This document shows positions 9,042 to 18,186 of a stretch of 64,000 nt of DNA, piece by piece; positions within the stretch are counted from its first letter, which is position 1; the number at the start of each line of letters is the position of its first letter. The notes beneath the pieces are model-generated. The model was not told where the DNA came from, ran no database searches, and saw only the letters and a program-made list of their open reading frames with translations. The position numbers were made by a program, and so were the translations under genes. Source of the stretch: Paracoccaceae bacterium (lineage in GTDB: Bacteria > Pseudomonadota > Alphaproteobacteria > Rhodobacterales > Rhodobacteraceae); assembly GCA_020846995.1 (NCBI GenBank), contig JADLCV010000127.1:19364-83363 (forward strand). Reading direction: 5' to 3'.

Positions 9042-10778
9042 GTGGCAGGGCTGCTCGACGGCTGGACGGCGGGGCGTGCCCGGCTGCTCGACCGGCTCGC
9101 GGCCTGGCGCGCCGGCCTCGTCGCCGCCGAGGCGCGCTTTGCGGCGCCGCCCGAGCCCTGGCTCATCGGCGATGCCGGGCGCGGCCGCGACCTTCTGGAC
9201 GGCCATCTCGCCTTCGGCGGCGCCCGCGCCGAGGCCCGCGGCCGCAGCCCCTGGGCGGTCCGGCCGCCGGGGCCGGCCTTCAGCGCCGAGCTGCACGGGT
9301 TCGCCTGGCTCGACGATCTCGCCGCCCTCGGCACGCCGGCGGCGGCCAGCCTCGCCTGCGCCTGGGTCGGCGACTGGACCCGCCGCTACGGGCGCGGCGG
9401 GGGCCCGGGCTGGACGGCCGGGCTCGCCGGCCGCCGGCTCCTGCGGCTCGTCGCCCACGGGATCCTGCTGACCGCGCGCGAGGCGGCGGGGGCAGGGGCG
9501 GTGCGCCGCCAGATCGCCCGCCACATGGCCTTCCTCGCCCAGCGCGGGGCCGACGCGCCGGGCGGGCTTGCGCGGATCGAGGCCCTGACGGCGATGCTCC
9601 TGGCCGCCCAGGCGGTCGAGGACGGGGCCGCCCGGGCCACGGCGGCCGAGGCGGCGCTGGGCCGGGCCGCGGCCGCGGCGATCGCGCGCGACGGCACCGT
9701 CCCGTCCCGCAACCCCGAGGAACTCCTGCGGCTCTTCGAACTCCTCGCCGTCGCCGCCGGGCGCATCGCCGCGACCGGCCGGGCCCCGGTCGCTCCCCTT
9801 CTCGCCGCCATCGAGGCCGCGGCGCCGGTCCTCCGGGCCCTGCGCCACACCGACGGCGGGCTCGCCCGCTTCCACGGCGGCGGCCGCGGGGCCGAGGGCG
9901 CGCTCGACCGCGCCCTTGCCTTTGCCGGGCTGCGCCCGGCGCTGCCGCCCGCCGCGGCCATGGGCTATGTCCGCCTCGCCGCCGGGCGGACGTCGGTGAT
10001 CGTCGATGCCGCCTCTCCCCCCGCCGGGTCGGCCGGCGAGGGCCACGCCTCGACGCTCGCCTTCGAGCTCACCTCGGCGCGCCGCCCGGTGATCGTGAGC
10101 TGTGGCGCCGGCGCCCCCTTCGGCCCCGAATGGCAGCAGGCCGGCCGCGCCACCGCCGCGCACTCGACGCTGGCGATCGAGGGCCATTCCTCCTCGCGCC
10201 CCGGCCGCGACGGGCGCCTCGCCACCGCGGCCCCGGCGCGGCAGATCGAGCTGCCGGGAGAGCGCGGCAGCGGCGCCCTCAGGCTCCTCGCGGCCCACGA
10301 GGGCTATCTCGCGAGCCACGGCCTCACCCACACCCGCCGGCTCGAGCTTGGCCCCGACGGCCGCAGCCTCGCCGGCGAGGATGCGCTCGGCGCCGTCTCG
10401 CGCGCCGACCAGCGCCGCCTGGCCCGGGTCGTCCGCGAGGGCGGCGGCGACGGGGTCCACTTCACGCTCCACTTCCACCTCCACCCCGACGCCGCGGCCG
10501 AACTCGACCCCGGCGGGCAGATGGCCTGGATCGGGCTTCGCAGCGGCGAGGTCTGGGTCTTCCGCCAGGACGGCATGGCGCGGCTGTCGCTCGAGCCCTC
10601 GCTGTGGCTCGAACGCGGCGCCCCGGCCCCGGCTGCGACACGGCAGATCGTTCTCGCCGCCGTCCTCATCGACTATCAGGGCCGGGTCGGCTGGAGCCTG
10701 GCCAAGGCCCCCGGGACGCCGCTCGCGCTGCGCGATGTCGGGACCGACGACGAGGCCCCGGCGGAGGACAAGGGATGA
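9042..10778 (+). CDS. Heparinase II/III-family protein
   Basis: Core sequence [10 protein letters not shown]...[15 protein letters not shown]...[16 protein letters not shown]... matches the heparinase II/III-like proteins that precede purH in alphaproteobacteria (recollection). The start is uncertain: GTG 9042 has an upstream GGGAAGGG, while the tracked GTG 8922 would add 40 R/P/G-rich codons. The stop overlaps the purH start (ATGA). Confidence 0.7.
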   Translation: MAGLLDGWTAGRARLLDRLAAWRAGLVAAEARFAAPPEPWLIGDAGRGRDLLDGHLAFGGARAEARGRSPWAVRPPGPAFSAELHGFAWLDDLAALGTPAAASLACAWVGDWTRRYGRGGGPGWTAGLAGRRLLRLVAHGILLTAREAAGAGAVRRQIARHMAFLAQRGADAPGGLARIEALTAMLLAAQAVEDGAARATAAEAALGRAAAAAIARDGTVPSRNPEELLRLFELLAVAAGRIAATGRAPVAPLLAAIEAAAPVLRALRHTDGGLARFHGGGRGAEGALDRALAFAGLRPALPPAAAMGYVRLAAGRTSVIVDAASPPAGSAGEGHASTLAFELTSARRPVIVSCGAGAPFGPEWQQAGRATAAHSTLAIEGHSSSRPGRDGRLATAAPARQIELPGERGSGALRLLAAHEGYLASHGLTHTRRLELGPDGRSLAGEDALGAVSRADQRRLARVVREGGGDGVHFTLHFHLHPDAAAELDPGGQMAWIGLRSGEVWVFRQDGMARLSLEPSLWLERGAPAPAATRQIVLAAVLIDYQGRVGWSLAKAPGTPLALRDVGTDDEAPAEDKG

Positions 10779-12361
10779 GCGGTCTGGTGGCGGTGCGGCG
10801 AGCCCTCGTCTCGGTGGCCGACAAGGGCGGGCTCCTCCCCCTCGCCCGCGCGCTCGCGGGGCACGGGGTCGAGATCGTCTCGACCGGGGGCACCGCCGCC
10901 ATGCTCCGCGCCGAGGGGTTCGCCCCGCGCGAGGTCAGCGAGCTCACCGGCCTTCCCGAGATGCTCGACGGCCGCGTCAAGACGCTGCACCCGGGCGTCC
11001 ACGCGGGCCTCCTCGCCCGCCGCGACGCGCCCGCGCACATGGCGGCGCTGGCCGCCCGCGGGCTGGTCGCGATCGACCTTGTCGTCGCCAACCTCTACCC
11101 CTTCGAGGCGCGGGTCGCGGCGGGAGCGGATCCGGCCGCCTGCATCGAGGAGATCGACATCGGCGGGCCGGCGATGCTCCGGGCGGCAGCCAAGAACGCC
11201 GCCCATGTCGCGGTCGTGACCGACCCCGAGGACTACCCCGCCCTGGTCGCCGAACTGGCGGCGAACGGCGGCAGCACCACGGAGGGCTTCCGCGCCCGCC
11301 TCGCGCTCACGGCCTTCGGCCGCACCGCGGCCTATGACGCGGCGGTGGCGGAGTGGCTCGCGGCCACGCTCGGCGAGACCCTGCCGCGGCGGCGGGTCCT
11401 CGCCGGGCGGCTCGCCCGGCCCCTCCGCTACGGCGAGAACCCCCACCAGCGGGCGGCACTCTACCTCGGCGGGCCGCCGCGGGCGGGCGCCGCGACGGCC
11501 CGCCAGCTCCAGGGCAAGGCGCTTTCCTACAACAACCTCGCCGATGCCGATGCGGCCTGGGAACTCGTGGCCGAGTTTCCCCCCGGGGAGGGCGCCGCCT
11601 GCGTCATCGTCAAGCACGCCAACCCCTGCGGCGTCGCCCGCGCCGGGACCGCGGCGGCGGCCTTCGCGCGCGCCCTCGACGGCGACCGGACCTCGGCCTT
11701 CGGCGGCATCGTGGCCCTGAACGTGCCCCTCGACGGGCCGGCGGCGGCGGCGATCGCGGCCGTCTTCACCGAGGTCGTGATCGCCCCGGGGGCCGACGCC
11801 GCGGCGCGGGCGGCCTTCGCGGCCCGCCCGAACCTGCGGCTGCTCGAGGCCGCGCTGCCCGACCCCGCCGCCCCGGGGCCTTGCTTCCGGCAGGTGGCGG
11901 GGGGCATCCTCGTCCAGGACCGCGACGCCGCAACACCCGCCCCGGAGGGGCTGCGCTGCGTCACCCGGAGGCCGCCGACGGTGGCCGAGGCCGCCGACCT
12001 CGCCCTTGCCTGGACCGTCGTGCGGCACGTCACGTCGAACGCGATCGTCCTCGCCCGCGGCGGCGCCACCGTGGGCGTCGGCGCGGGGCAGATGAGCCGC
12101 GTCGACGCGACCCGCATCGCCGCCCGCAAGGCCGAGGACATGGGCGCGGCCCTCGGCCTCGGGGAAAGCCTGGCGCGGGGCGCGGCGGCGGCCTCGGACG
12201 CCTTCTTTCCCTTTCCCGACGGCATCGAGGCCCTGGCCGCGGCGGGGGCGACGGCGGTCATCCAGCCCGGGGGCGCGCTCCGCGACGGCGAGGTCATCGC
12301 CGCCGCCGATGCCCTCGGGCTCGCCATGGTCTTCACCGGCGTCCGCCACTTCCGCCACTGA
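10775..12361 (+). CDS. purH: Bifunctional AICAR transformylase / IMP cyclohydrolase
   Basis: The last 528 codons of the 2130-aa tracked ORF read [27 protein letters not shown]...[20 protein letters not shown]...[13 protein letters not shown]...[10 protein letters not shown]...TGVRHFRH, a textbook PurH sequence. Confidence 0.95.
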   Translation: MSGLVAVRRALVSVADKGGLLPLARALAGHGVEIVSTGGTAAMLRAEGFAPREVSELTGLPEMLDGRVKTLHPGVHAGLLARRDAPAHMAALAARGLVAIDLVVANLYPFEARVAAGADPAACIEEIDIGGPAMLRAAAKNAAHVAVVTDPEDYPALVAELAANGGSTTEGFRARLALTAFGRTAAYDAAVAEWLAATLGETLPRRRVLAGRLARPLRYGENPHQRAALYLGGPPRAGAATARQLQGKALSYNNLADADAAWELVAEFPPGEGAACVIVKHANPCGVARAGTAAAAFARALDGDRTSAFGGIVALNVPLDGPAAAAIAAVFTEVVIAPGADAAARAAFAARPNLRLLEAALPDPAAPGPCFRQVAGGILVQDRDAATPAPEGLRCVTRRPPTVAEAADLALAWTVVRHVTSNAIVLARGGATVGVGAGQMSRVDATRIAARKAEDMGAALGLGESLARGAAAASDAFFPFPDGIEALAAAGATAVIQPGGALRDGEVIAAADALGLAMVFTGVRHFRH

Positions 12362-12364
12362 GGC

Positions 12365-12386
12365 GGGGCGCGCGCGCGCGCGCCCC
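12365..12386. repeat. Perfect palindrome GGGG(CG)7CCCC, 4 nt after the purH stop
   Basis: Read directly from the sequence. It is self-complementary over 22 nt and belongs with the copies at 36550 and 19641. Confidence 0.8.
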
Positions 12387-12479
12387 GGGGGCTGCCCCCC
12401 CCCTCGCCCCGGCCCCCGGGGCAGGCTATCTGCACCGGCGACGGGGCGAGGGGCCCGGGGGGAAAGGGAGAGGGGCGCG

Positions 12480-12956
12480 ATGCGGCTTGCGACAGGGGTC
12501 GCCCTCGGCGTCATCACCCTCGACCAGGGGCTGAAGGTCGCGGTCGTCGACCTCCTCGATCTCCGCGGGCGGCTCATCATCGAGGTGTGGCCGCCCTTCC
12601 TCACCCTCCGCATGGCCTGGAACGAGGGCGTCAACTTCGGCCTCCTCGCCTCCGGGGCCGCGGCAATGCGCTGGATCCTCGTCGCGGTGGCGCTGGCCAT
12701 CGCCCTCTGGGTGTGGCTCTGGGTGCGGCGGGGCGGCGAGGGACCGCGGGTGCAGGCGGCCGCGGGCCTCCTCATCGGCGGCGCGCTCGGAAACGTGATC
12801 GACCGGCTGCGCTGGGGGGCGGTCGCGGACTTCCTCAACCTCTCCTGCTGCGGCATCGCCAATCCCTTCGCCTTCAACGCCGCCGACGTGGCGGTCTTTG
12901 CCGGGGCGCTGGGGCTTGTCCTCTTCGCCGGCCGCGGACCGCGGCCCGGGGCTTGA
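12480..12956 (+). CDS. lspA: Lipoprotein signal peptidase II
   Basis: ATG at 12480 in frame within the tracked ORF. Motifs WNEGVNFGL, GGALGNVIDRL and FAFNAADVAV (the conserved Asn/Asp motifs of LspA). Confidence 0.85.
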   Translation: MRLATGVALGVITLDQGLKVAVVDLLDLRGRLIIEVWPPFLTLRMAWNEGVNFGLLASGAAAMRWILVAVALAIALWVWLWVRRGGEGPRVQAAAGLLIGGALGNVIDRLRWGAVADFLNLSCCGIANPFAFNAADVAVFAGALGLVLFAGRGPRPGA

Positions 12957-13021
12957 CGTTGCCCCCGTGACGGGGCTGACGTCTTGCGTTATCAGGGGCC
13001 GGCATGGGCAGGGGACGGGAC

Positions 13022-13567
13022 ATGAAGGGCGACGCGCGACCCGGCAGGGGGGCAGGCATCGCCGCCGCCCTCGCCCTCGCCCTGGCGCTTGCGGGCTGCT
13101 CGCGCGGCGAGCCGCGGCTCATGAACATCGCCGCCAACACGACCTCGCCCGACGAGTTCTCGATCCTGCCGACCAGGCCCCTCCTGATGCCCGAGGACAT
13201 GACGGCGCTGCCCGAGCCGGACCCGGGCGGGGCGAGCCGTTCCGATCCGACGCCGCTCGCCGACGCCATCGCGACCCTTGGCGGCAACGCCGCCCGGCTG
13301 GCCGCGCCGGTGCCGGCGGCCGATGCCGCGATCCTTGCCCGGGCCCGCCGCTTCGGGACCGACCCCGCCATCCGCGCCACGCTCGCCGCCGAGGATCTCG
13401 AGTTCCGCCGCAAGAAGGACGGCCGCCTCCTCGAGCGGTGGTTCAACGTCAACGTCTACTACCGCGCCTACCGGGCAATGGCGCTCGACCGCTATGCCGA
13501 GCTCGCGCGCTGGCGCCGGGCGGGCATCCGCACCCCGGCCGCCCCTCCCGACCCCGCCGCGAAATGA
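13022..13567 (+). CDS. DUF3035-like lipoprotein
   Basis: Lipobox LALAGC after MKGDARPGRGAGIAAALALA. The lspA - lipoprotein - M16 pair gene order is familiar from alphaproteobacteria. An alternative ATG lies at 13004. Confidence 0.7.
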   Translation: MKGDARPGRGAGIAAALALALALAGCSRGEPRLMNIAANTTSPDEFSILPTRPLLMPEDMTALPEPDPGGASRSDPTPLADAIATLGGNAARLAAPVPAADAAILARARRFGTDPAIRATLAAEDLEFRRKKDGRLLERWFNVNVYYRAYRAMALDRYAELARWRRAGIRTPAAPPDPAAK

Positions 13568-13619
13568 CCGGCGGGCGGGCGCGGGCGGGGCGGGCAGGGC
13601 GGCGGCAGGAAGGGGAAGG

Positions 13620-14975
13620 ATGGCGATGGCGATGATCCGGGCGCTCGCGCTCGTCGCGGCGGCGCTTCTCGCGGGCGGGGCGGGGGCCGAGCCCGTCACG
13701 ACCTTCCGCCTCGACAACGGCCTCGAGGGGGTGGTGATCGAGGATCACCGGGCCCCGGTCGTCGTGCACATGGTCTGGTATCGGGTCGGCTCGGCCGACG
13801 AGACGGCCGGCCGCTCGGGCCTTGCCCATTTCCTCGAGCACCTGATGTTCAAGGGCACTGCGACGCGGGCGCCGGGCGAGTTCTCGGCCCTTGTCGATGC
13901 CAACGGCGGCAGCGACAACGCCTTCACCTCGTGGGACTATACCGGCTACATCCAGCGCATCGCCGCCGACCGGCTCGAGCTCATGATGACGCTCGAGGCC
14001 GACCGCATGACCAACCTGCGCCTGCCCGAGGCCGAGGTCCTGACCGAGCGCGACGTCGTCCTCGAGGAGCGCGCGCAGAACACCGAGAGCCGCCCCGGCG
14101 CCCTCATGGCCGAGCAGATGCGGGCGGCGATGTTTCTCAACCATCGCTACGGGGTGCCGAACATCGGCTGGCGCCACGAGATCGCGGCCCTCACCGCGGC
14201 CGACGCCGAGGCCTTCTACCGGGCCCACTACGCCCCCGACAACGCCATCCTGATCGTCGCCGGCGACGTCACCGCCGCGGCGGTGGAGGCGCTCGCCCGG
14301 CGCCACTACGGCGGCATCGCCGCCCGCGACCTTCCCCCGCGCGAGCGCGCCCAGGACCCGCCCCCGATCGCCGAGCGGCGCGTCATCCTGCGCGACCCGC
14401 GCGTCGCCCAGCCCTACCTCAGCCGCTGGTATCTCGCCCCCGTCCGCCGCCCGGGCGAGCAGGCCGAGGCGGCGGCGCTCGTCGTCCTTGCCGAGATCCT
14501 CGGCGGCACCGGCGCGACCTCGGTGCTCGGGCGGGCGCTCGAGTTCGACGGCAAGGTGGCGATCGGGACCTCGGCCTCCTACGACGCGACCGGCGTCGAT
14601 TCGGGGCTGTTCGCGATCGGGGTCATCCCCGCCGCGGGGGTCGAGGTGGCGGCGGCCGAGGCGGCGCTCGACGCGGCCCTCGACCGCTTCCTGACCGGGG
14701 GCATCGACCCCGAGCACTTCGCCCGCATCCGGATGCAGGTGCGGGCGGCCGAGGTCTTCGCCCGCGACAACGTCCAGGGACGGGCCCGGAGATGGGGCGA
14801 GGCGCTCACCGCCGGGCTCTCGGTCGCCGACGTCGAGGGCTGGCCCGCGGCCCTGCAGGCGGTGACCCCCGAAGCGGTGATGGCGGCCGCCCGCACGGTT
14901 CTCGACCGCCGCCGGAGCGTCACCGGCTGGCTTCTGGCGCCCGCGGCCGGGCAGGCAGGGGAGGCCGGGAAGTGA
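13620..14975 (+). CDS. M16 (pitrilysin) family zinc peptidase, catalytic subunit
   Basis: Signal peptide MAMAMIRALALVAAALLAGGAGA and the inverted zinc motif HFLEH in GLAHFLEHLMFKGT. ATG at 13620 is in frame within the tracked ORF. Confidence 0.9.
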   Translation: MAMAMIRALALVAAALLAGGAGAEPVTTFRLDNGLEGVVIEDHRAPVVVHMVWYRVGSADETAGRSGLAHFLEHLMFKGTATRAPGEFSALVDANGGSDNAFTSWDYTGYIQRIAADRLELMMTLEADRMTNLRLPEAEVLTERDVVLEERAQNTESRPGALMAEQMRAAMFLNHRYGVPNIGWRHEIAALTAADAEAFYRAHYAPDNAILIVAGDVTAAAVEALARRHYGGIAARDLPPRERAQDPPPIAERRVILRDPRVAQPYLSRWYLAPVRRPGEQAEAAALVVLAEILGGTGATSVLGRALEFDGKVAIGTSASYDATGVDSGLFAIGVIPAAGVEVAAAEAALDAALDRFLTGGIDPEHFARIRMQVRAAEVFARDNVQGRARRWGEALTAGLSVADVEGWPAALQAVTPEAVMAAARTVLDRRRSVTGWLLAPAAGQAGEAGK

Positions 14976-16303
14976 CAAGGATCGTCCTCGGGCTGGTCGC
15001 GGCCCTTCTTTTCGCCCTGCCGCTCCGGGCCGGCGTCGCCGTCGAGGAGGTGACCTCGCCCGGCGGCATCCGCGCCTGGCTCGTGGCCGAGCCCGAGATC
15101 CCCTTCGTCGCCCTCGAGATCGGCTTTCGCGGCGGCTCCTCGCTTGACCCCGGGGGCGCCCGGGGGGCGGTCCGGCTGATGGTGGGGCTGCTCGAGGAGG
15201 GGGCGGGCGAGCGCGACGCGCGGGCCTTCGCCGAGGCGCGGGAGGCGCTCGCGGCCGAGTTCGGCTTTGACGTCGACGCCGATTCCGTCACCGTCTCGGC
15301 CCGCTTCCTGACCGAGAACCGCGACGAGGCGACCGCCCTCCTCAGGGACGCGCTGACGGCGCCGCGCTTCGATGCCGAGGCGATCGAACGGGTGCGCGGG
15401 CAGGTCGCGGCGAGCATCCGCGCCGACAGCCAGGATCCCGGCACGCTCGCCTACTGGGCGCTTCTCGCCGCGGCCTTCGGCAGCGACCCCTACGGCAGTT
15501 CCGACACGGGCAGCGCCGAAAGCCTCGCCGCCCTGACACGCGACGACCTCGTCGCCGCCCACGGTGCCGCGCTCGCCCGCGACCGGGTCCACGTCGCGGC
15601 GGTGGGGGACATCACCGGGCCCGAACTCGGCCGCCTGCTCGACGACCTCCTCGGCGGTCTCCCCGCCACCGGCGCGCCCCTGCCCGGCCCGGCCGCGGTC
15701 GCGCTGGCGCCGGGGATCACCGTCCAGCCCTTCGCCGGGCCGCAGTCGGCCGTGGTCTTCGGCCAGCCCGGGATCGACAAGGACGATCCCGACTTCCTCG
15801 TCGCCTTTGTCGTCAACGAGGTGATGGGCCAGGGAGCCCGCTTCGGCACGCGGCTGATGGCCGCCCTCCGCGAGGAGCGCGGCCTGACCTACGGCGTCGA
15901 CACCTCGCTTTATGCCTTCGACCGCGGCGCCCTCATCGTCGGCGGCTTCCAGACCGCCAACGGGCGCGCGGCCGAGGCGGTCGCGGTCCTGCGCACGGAA
16001 TGGGCGCGGATCGCCACGGCGGGGCTGACGGCCGAGGAACTCGCCGCGATCAAGACCTACGCCACCGGGGAATACCCCCTGCGCTTCGACGGCAACGGCA
16101 GGATCGCCGCCAATCTGCTCGCGATGCAGCTGGACGGCCGGCCCGCCGACTACATCCTGCATCGCAACGGCCTTGTCGAGGCGATCACGCTCGAGGAGGC
16201 CAACCGGGTCGCGGCGCGCCTCTACGACCCTGCGGCGCTGCGCATCGTGGTGGTGGGAGAACCCGCGGGCGTCGTCACCGGGCCCTTGCCGCCGCTTCCC
16301 TGA
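14972..16303 (+). CDS. M16 family peptidase, non-catalytic partner subunit
   Basis: GTG at 14972 overlaps the upstream stop (GTGA). It has a signal peptide and an M16 fold pattern but no HxxEH motif. Confidence 0.85.
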   Translation: MTRIVLGLVAALLFALPLRAGVAVEEVTSPGGIRAWLVAEPEIPFVALEIGFRGGSSLDPGGARGAVRLMVGLLEEGAGERDARAFAEAREALAAEFGFDVDADSVTVSARFLTENRDEATALLRDALTAPRFDAEAIERVRGQVAASIRADSQDPGTLAYWALLAAAFGSDPYGSSDTGSAESLAALTRDDLVAAHGAALARDRVHVAAVGDITGPELGRLLDDLLGGLPATGAPLPGPAAVALAPGITVQPFAGPQSAVVFGQPGIDKDDPDFLVAFVVNEVMGQGARFGTRLMAALREERGLTYGVDTSLYAFDRGALIVGGFQTANGRAAEAVAVLRTEWARIATAGLTAEELAAIKTYATGEYPLRFDGNGRIAANLLAMQLDGRPADYILHRNGLVEAITLEEANRVAARLYDPAALRIVVVGEPAGVVTGPLPPLP

Positions 16304-16356
16304 GGGCCGCCGCATGTGACTGTTGCCGGCAGGCCGATCGTGCTAGGGATTGTGGC

Positions 16357-18186
16357 ATGCCTGCCCTGGAACGCTATGCCTGCGAGTCGCGCGCGCCGGT
16401 GATCCGGCAACTCGACGCCGCCGCGATCAACCGCATCGCCGCCGGCGAGGTCGTCGAGCGCCCCGCCTCGGCGGTCAAGGAACTGGTCGAGAACGCGCTC
16501 GATGCCGGCGCGCGGCTGATCGAGATCGCCTATGCCGAGGGCGGCATGGCCCTCGTCCAGGTCACCGACGACGGTCACGGCATGGCGCCCGACGACCTGC
16601 CCCTGGCGCTGGCACGGCACGCGACCTCGAAGATCGACGGCGGCGACCTGACGGCGATCCGGAGCTTCGGCTTCCGCGGCGAGGCGCTGGCGGCGCTTGG
16701 CGCCGTCGGCCGGCTGCGTCTCGCCTCGCGCCGGGCCGGGGGCGAGGGGGCGGCGATCGAGATGGCGGGGGGCGAGGAGGGGCCGCTGCGCCCGGCCGGC
16801 CTTCCGGCCGGCACCGTCGTCGAGATCCGCGACCTCTTCTTTGCCACCCCGGCGCGGCTCAAGTTCCTCCGCAGCGTCCGCGCCGAGGCGCAGGCGATCG
16901 TCGATGTCGTCCGCCGGCTCGCGCTCGCCGCCCCGGCGACCGGCTTCGTCCTCCGCGACCTTGGCGGCGGCGGCGACCGGGTGGTGCTGCGGGCCGAGGC
17001 CGAGCGGGGCCCCGATGCCCTCGCGCGCCGCGTCCGCCGGCTTCTCGGGGCCGAGTTCGCCGACCATGCGCTGGCGGTCGCGGTCGAGCGCGAGGGGATC
17101 GCGGTTGCCGGCCTCGCCGGGCTGCCGGCCCAGGCCCGCGGGGCGGCGGTGCAGCAGTTCGTGACCGTCAACGGCCGACCCGTGCGCGACCGGCTGCTGC
17201 TCGCGGCCCTTCGCGCGGGCTACGGCGACCTTGTCCCCCGCGACCGCCATCCCGCGGCCGCCCTCGCCCTGGCCCTCGATCCCGGGAGGGTCGACGTCAA
17301 CGTCCATCCCGCCAAGGCCGAGGTCCGCTTCCGCGAGCCCGGGCTGGTCAGGGCGCTGGTCGTCGGCGCGCTCGGCCATGCCCTTGCCGCCCACGGCCAG
17401 CGCGGGGCAGGCGCGCTCGGCCGGGCGGCCCTTGCCGCCCTCCGCCCGGCGGCGCCGGCGGGCGGGGGCTGGGGCTGGGGCCATGCCCGGCCGCCGACAC
17501 CCTCGCAGGCGGCGCTTGCGCTCGCCCGCGCGGCCCAGGCGCCGGGGCTGGCCGAGGCCGCCCCCCCGCCGCCCGCGCCCCCCCCGCCGGCGCCGGGCCC
17601 ACTCGAGGGGCCGCTCGGGCGGGCGCGGGCCCAGGTCTTCGCGACCTACATCGTGGCCGAGGCCGAGGCCGGGCTCGTCATCGTCGATGCCCATGCCGCC
17701 CACGAGCGGCTGGTCTACGAAGGGCTGAAGCGGGCGCTCGCGGGCGGCGGGATCGCCCGCCAGGCGCTCCTCATCCCCGAGATCGTCGCCTGCGGGGCGG
17801 CCGAGGCGGGGCGGCTTGCCGAGCACGCGGACGACCTCGCGGCCCTCGGGCTCGTCATCGAGCCCTTCGGGCCCGGTGCGGTCGCGGTCCGGGCGGTGCC
17901 GGCGCTGATCGGGGCGGGGTCGGTCGCGGGGCTTCTCGCCGACATCCTCGACGAGATCGCCGATCTCGGCGCCTCGGCCCGGCTGCGCGACCGCCTCGAC
18001 GCCCTCCTCGCCCGCATGGCCTGCCACGGCTCGGTGCGGGCGGGCCGGATTCTCCGGCCCGAGGAGATGGACGCGCTCCTCCGCGAGATGGAGGCGACGC
18101 CCGCCTCGGCCAGCTGCAACCACGGCCGGCCGACGGCGGTGACGCTCACGCGCGCCGACCTCGAGCGGCTGTTCCAGCGGCGATGA
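16357..18186 (+). CDS. mutL: DNA mismatch repair protein MutL
   Basis: IRQLDAAAINRIAAGEVVERPASAVKELVENALDAGA...VTDDGHGM...FGFRGEAL...NVHPAKAEVRF, and C-terminal CHGSVRAGRIL...CNHGRPT. An alternative GTG start lies at 16399. Confidence 0.95.
   Translation: MPALERYACESRAPVIRQLDAAAINRIAAGEVVERPASAVKELVENALDAGARLIEIAYAEGGMALVQVTDDGHGMAPDDLPLALARHATSKIDGGDLTAIRSFGFRGEALAALGAVGRLRLASRRAGGEGAAIEMAGGEEGPLRPAGLPAGTVVEIRDLFFATPARLKFLRSVRAEAQAIVDVVRRLALAAPATGFVLRDLGGGGDRVVLRAEAERGPDALARRVRRLLGAEFADHALAVAVEREGIAVAGLAGLPAQARGAAVQQFVTVNGRPVRDRLLLAALRAGYGDLVPRDRHPAAALALALDPGRVDVNVHPAKAEVRFREPGLVRALVVGALGHALAAHGQRGAGALGRAALAALRPAAPAGGGWGWGHARPPTPSQAALALARAAQAPGLAEAAPPPPAPPPPAPGPLEGPLGRARAQVFATYIVAEAEAGLVIVDAHAAHERLVYEGLKRALAGGGIARQALLIPEIVACGAAEAGRLAEHADDLAALGLVIEPFGPGAVAVRAVPALIGAGSVAGLLADILDEIADLGASARLRDRLDALLARMACHGSVRAGRILRPEEMDALLREMEATPASASCNHGRPTAVTLTRADLERLFQRR

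Noticed and set aside
7170-10484. 1104-aa minus-strand ORF
   Set aside because: It is antisense to rsmB and the heparinase-like gene with junk composition. Only the terminal 92 codons (DUF1674, 7170-7448) look genuine.
5969-12361. 2130-aa ORF, the longest in the track
   Set aside because: Only its last 528 codons (from ATG 10775) are PurH. The upstream 1600 codons are R/G/P/A-rich and overlap the real EamA, rsmB-like and heparinase-like genes in other frames. This is a typical high-GC shadow ORF.
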